NCBI GenBank assembly: GCA_963740085.1 | Contig: CAVUCU010000004.1 | Span: forward strand, 320,001 to 384,000 | Source of the DNA: Nitrospirota bacterium | GTDB taxonomy: Bacteria; Nitrospirota; UBA9217 | Length of the DNA stretch: 64,000 bases | Direction: 5' to 3' | Shown here: positions 63,949-64,000 of the stretch, one piece after another | How positions within the stretch are numbered: position 1 is the first letter of the stretch | How the letters are laid out: the number at the start of each line of letters is the position of its first letter | The notes under the pieces: generated by a model | Database searches by the model: none | What the model was told of the DNA's origin: nothing | Seen by the model: only the letters and a program-made list of their open reading frames with translations | Program-made: the position numbers and the translations under genes

Positions 63949-64000
63949 AGGAACGCGGAGTTAAGGCGGCGCCGAAGGCGTCCGCTTTAAACGAATTGTT

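Overview
Bacterial chromosomal window, roughly 50-60% GC by eye. Gene content suggests Nitrospirota or a deltaproteobacterium (inference). 1-33 kb is a phosphate-starvation (Pho) region running from phoR to pstSCAB-phoU. Nine promoters there share one architecture read directly from the DNA: four hexamers at an 11-bp pitch ending 10 bp before a -10 box. These Pho-box-like arrays put psiE/GH1, several small proteins, an HMA2 operon, a candidate phosphorus-free lipid remodelling operon (PHP phosphoesterase, GT21-type glucosyltransferase, OlsF-like acyltransferase, flippase-like protein), a hybrid kinase, pst and a PEP-CTERM-type surface protein in one predicted regulon. On the minus strand (8.6-16.9 kb) lies a ferrosome-like cluster: DUF5132 and HMA2 proteins, a 22-aa-repeat amphipathic protein, an HMA2-capped Ca2+-type P-ATPase, a CDF transporter, and a MetK paralogue that has lost its methionine-binding residues. 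This is my best candidate for an undescribed system, possibly a metal/phosphate storage compartment. 33-36 kb is an AT-rich integrative remnant (RelE/HigB-like toxin, XRE antitoxin, DUF6941, tyrosine integrase) whose integrase ORF reads into tRNA-Ala(GGC). The rest is mostly core genome: a HEAT/HD-GYP pair, an ABC/LolA-like export cluster, the PyrR-attenuated pyr/car operon, greA, xerD and a DHH-CBS tRNA nucleotidyltransferase, with 7-9-mer periodic repeats at many gene junctions. Four single-base frameshifts look like assembly errors. All calls come from reading motifs by eye; no searches were run.
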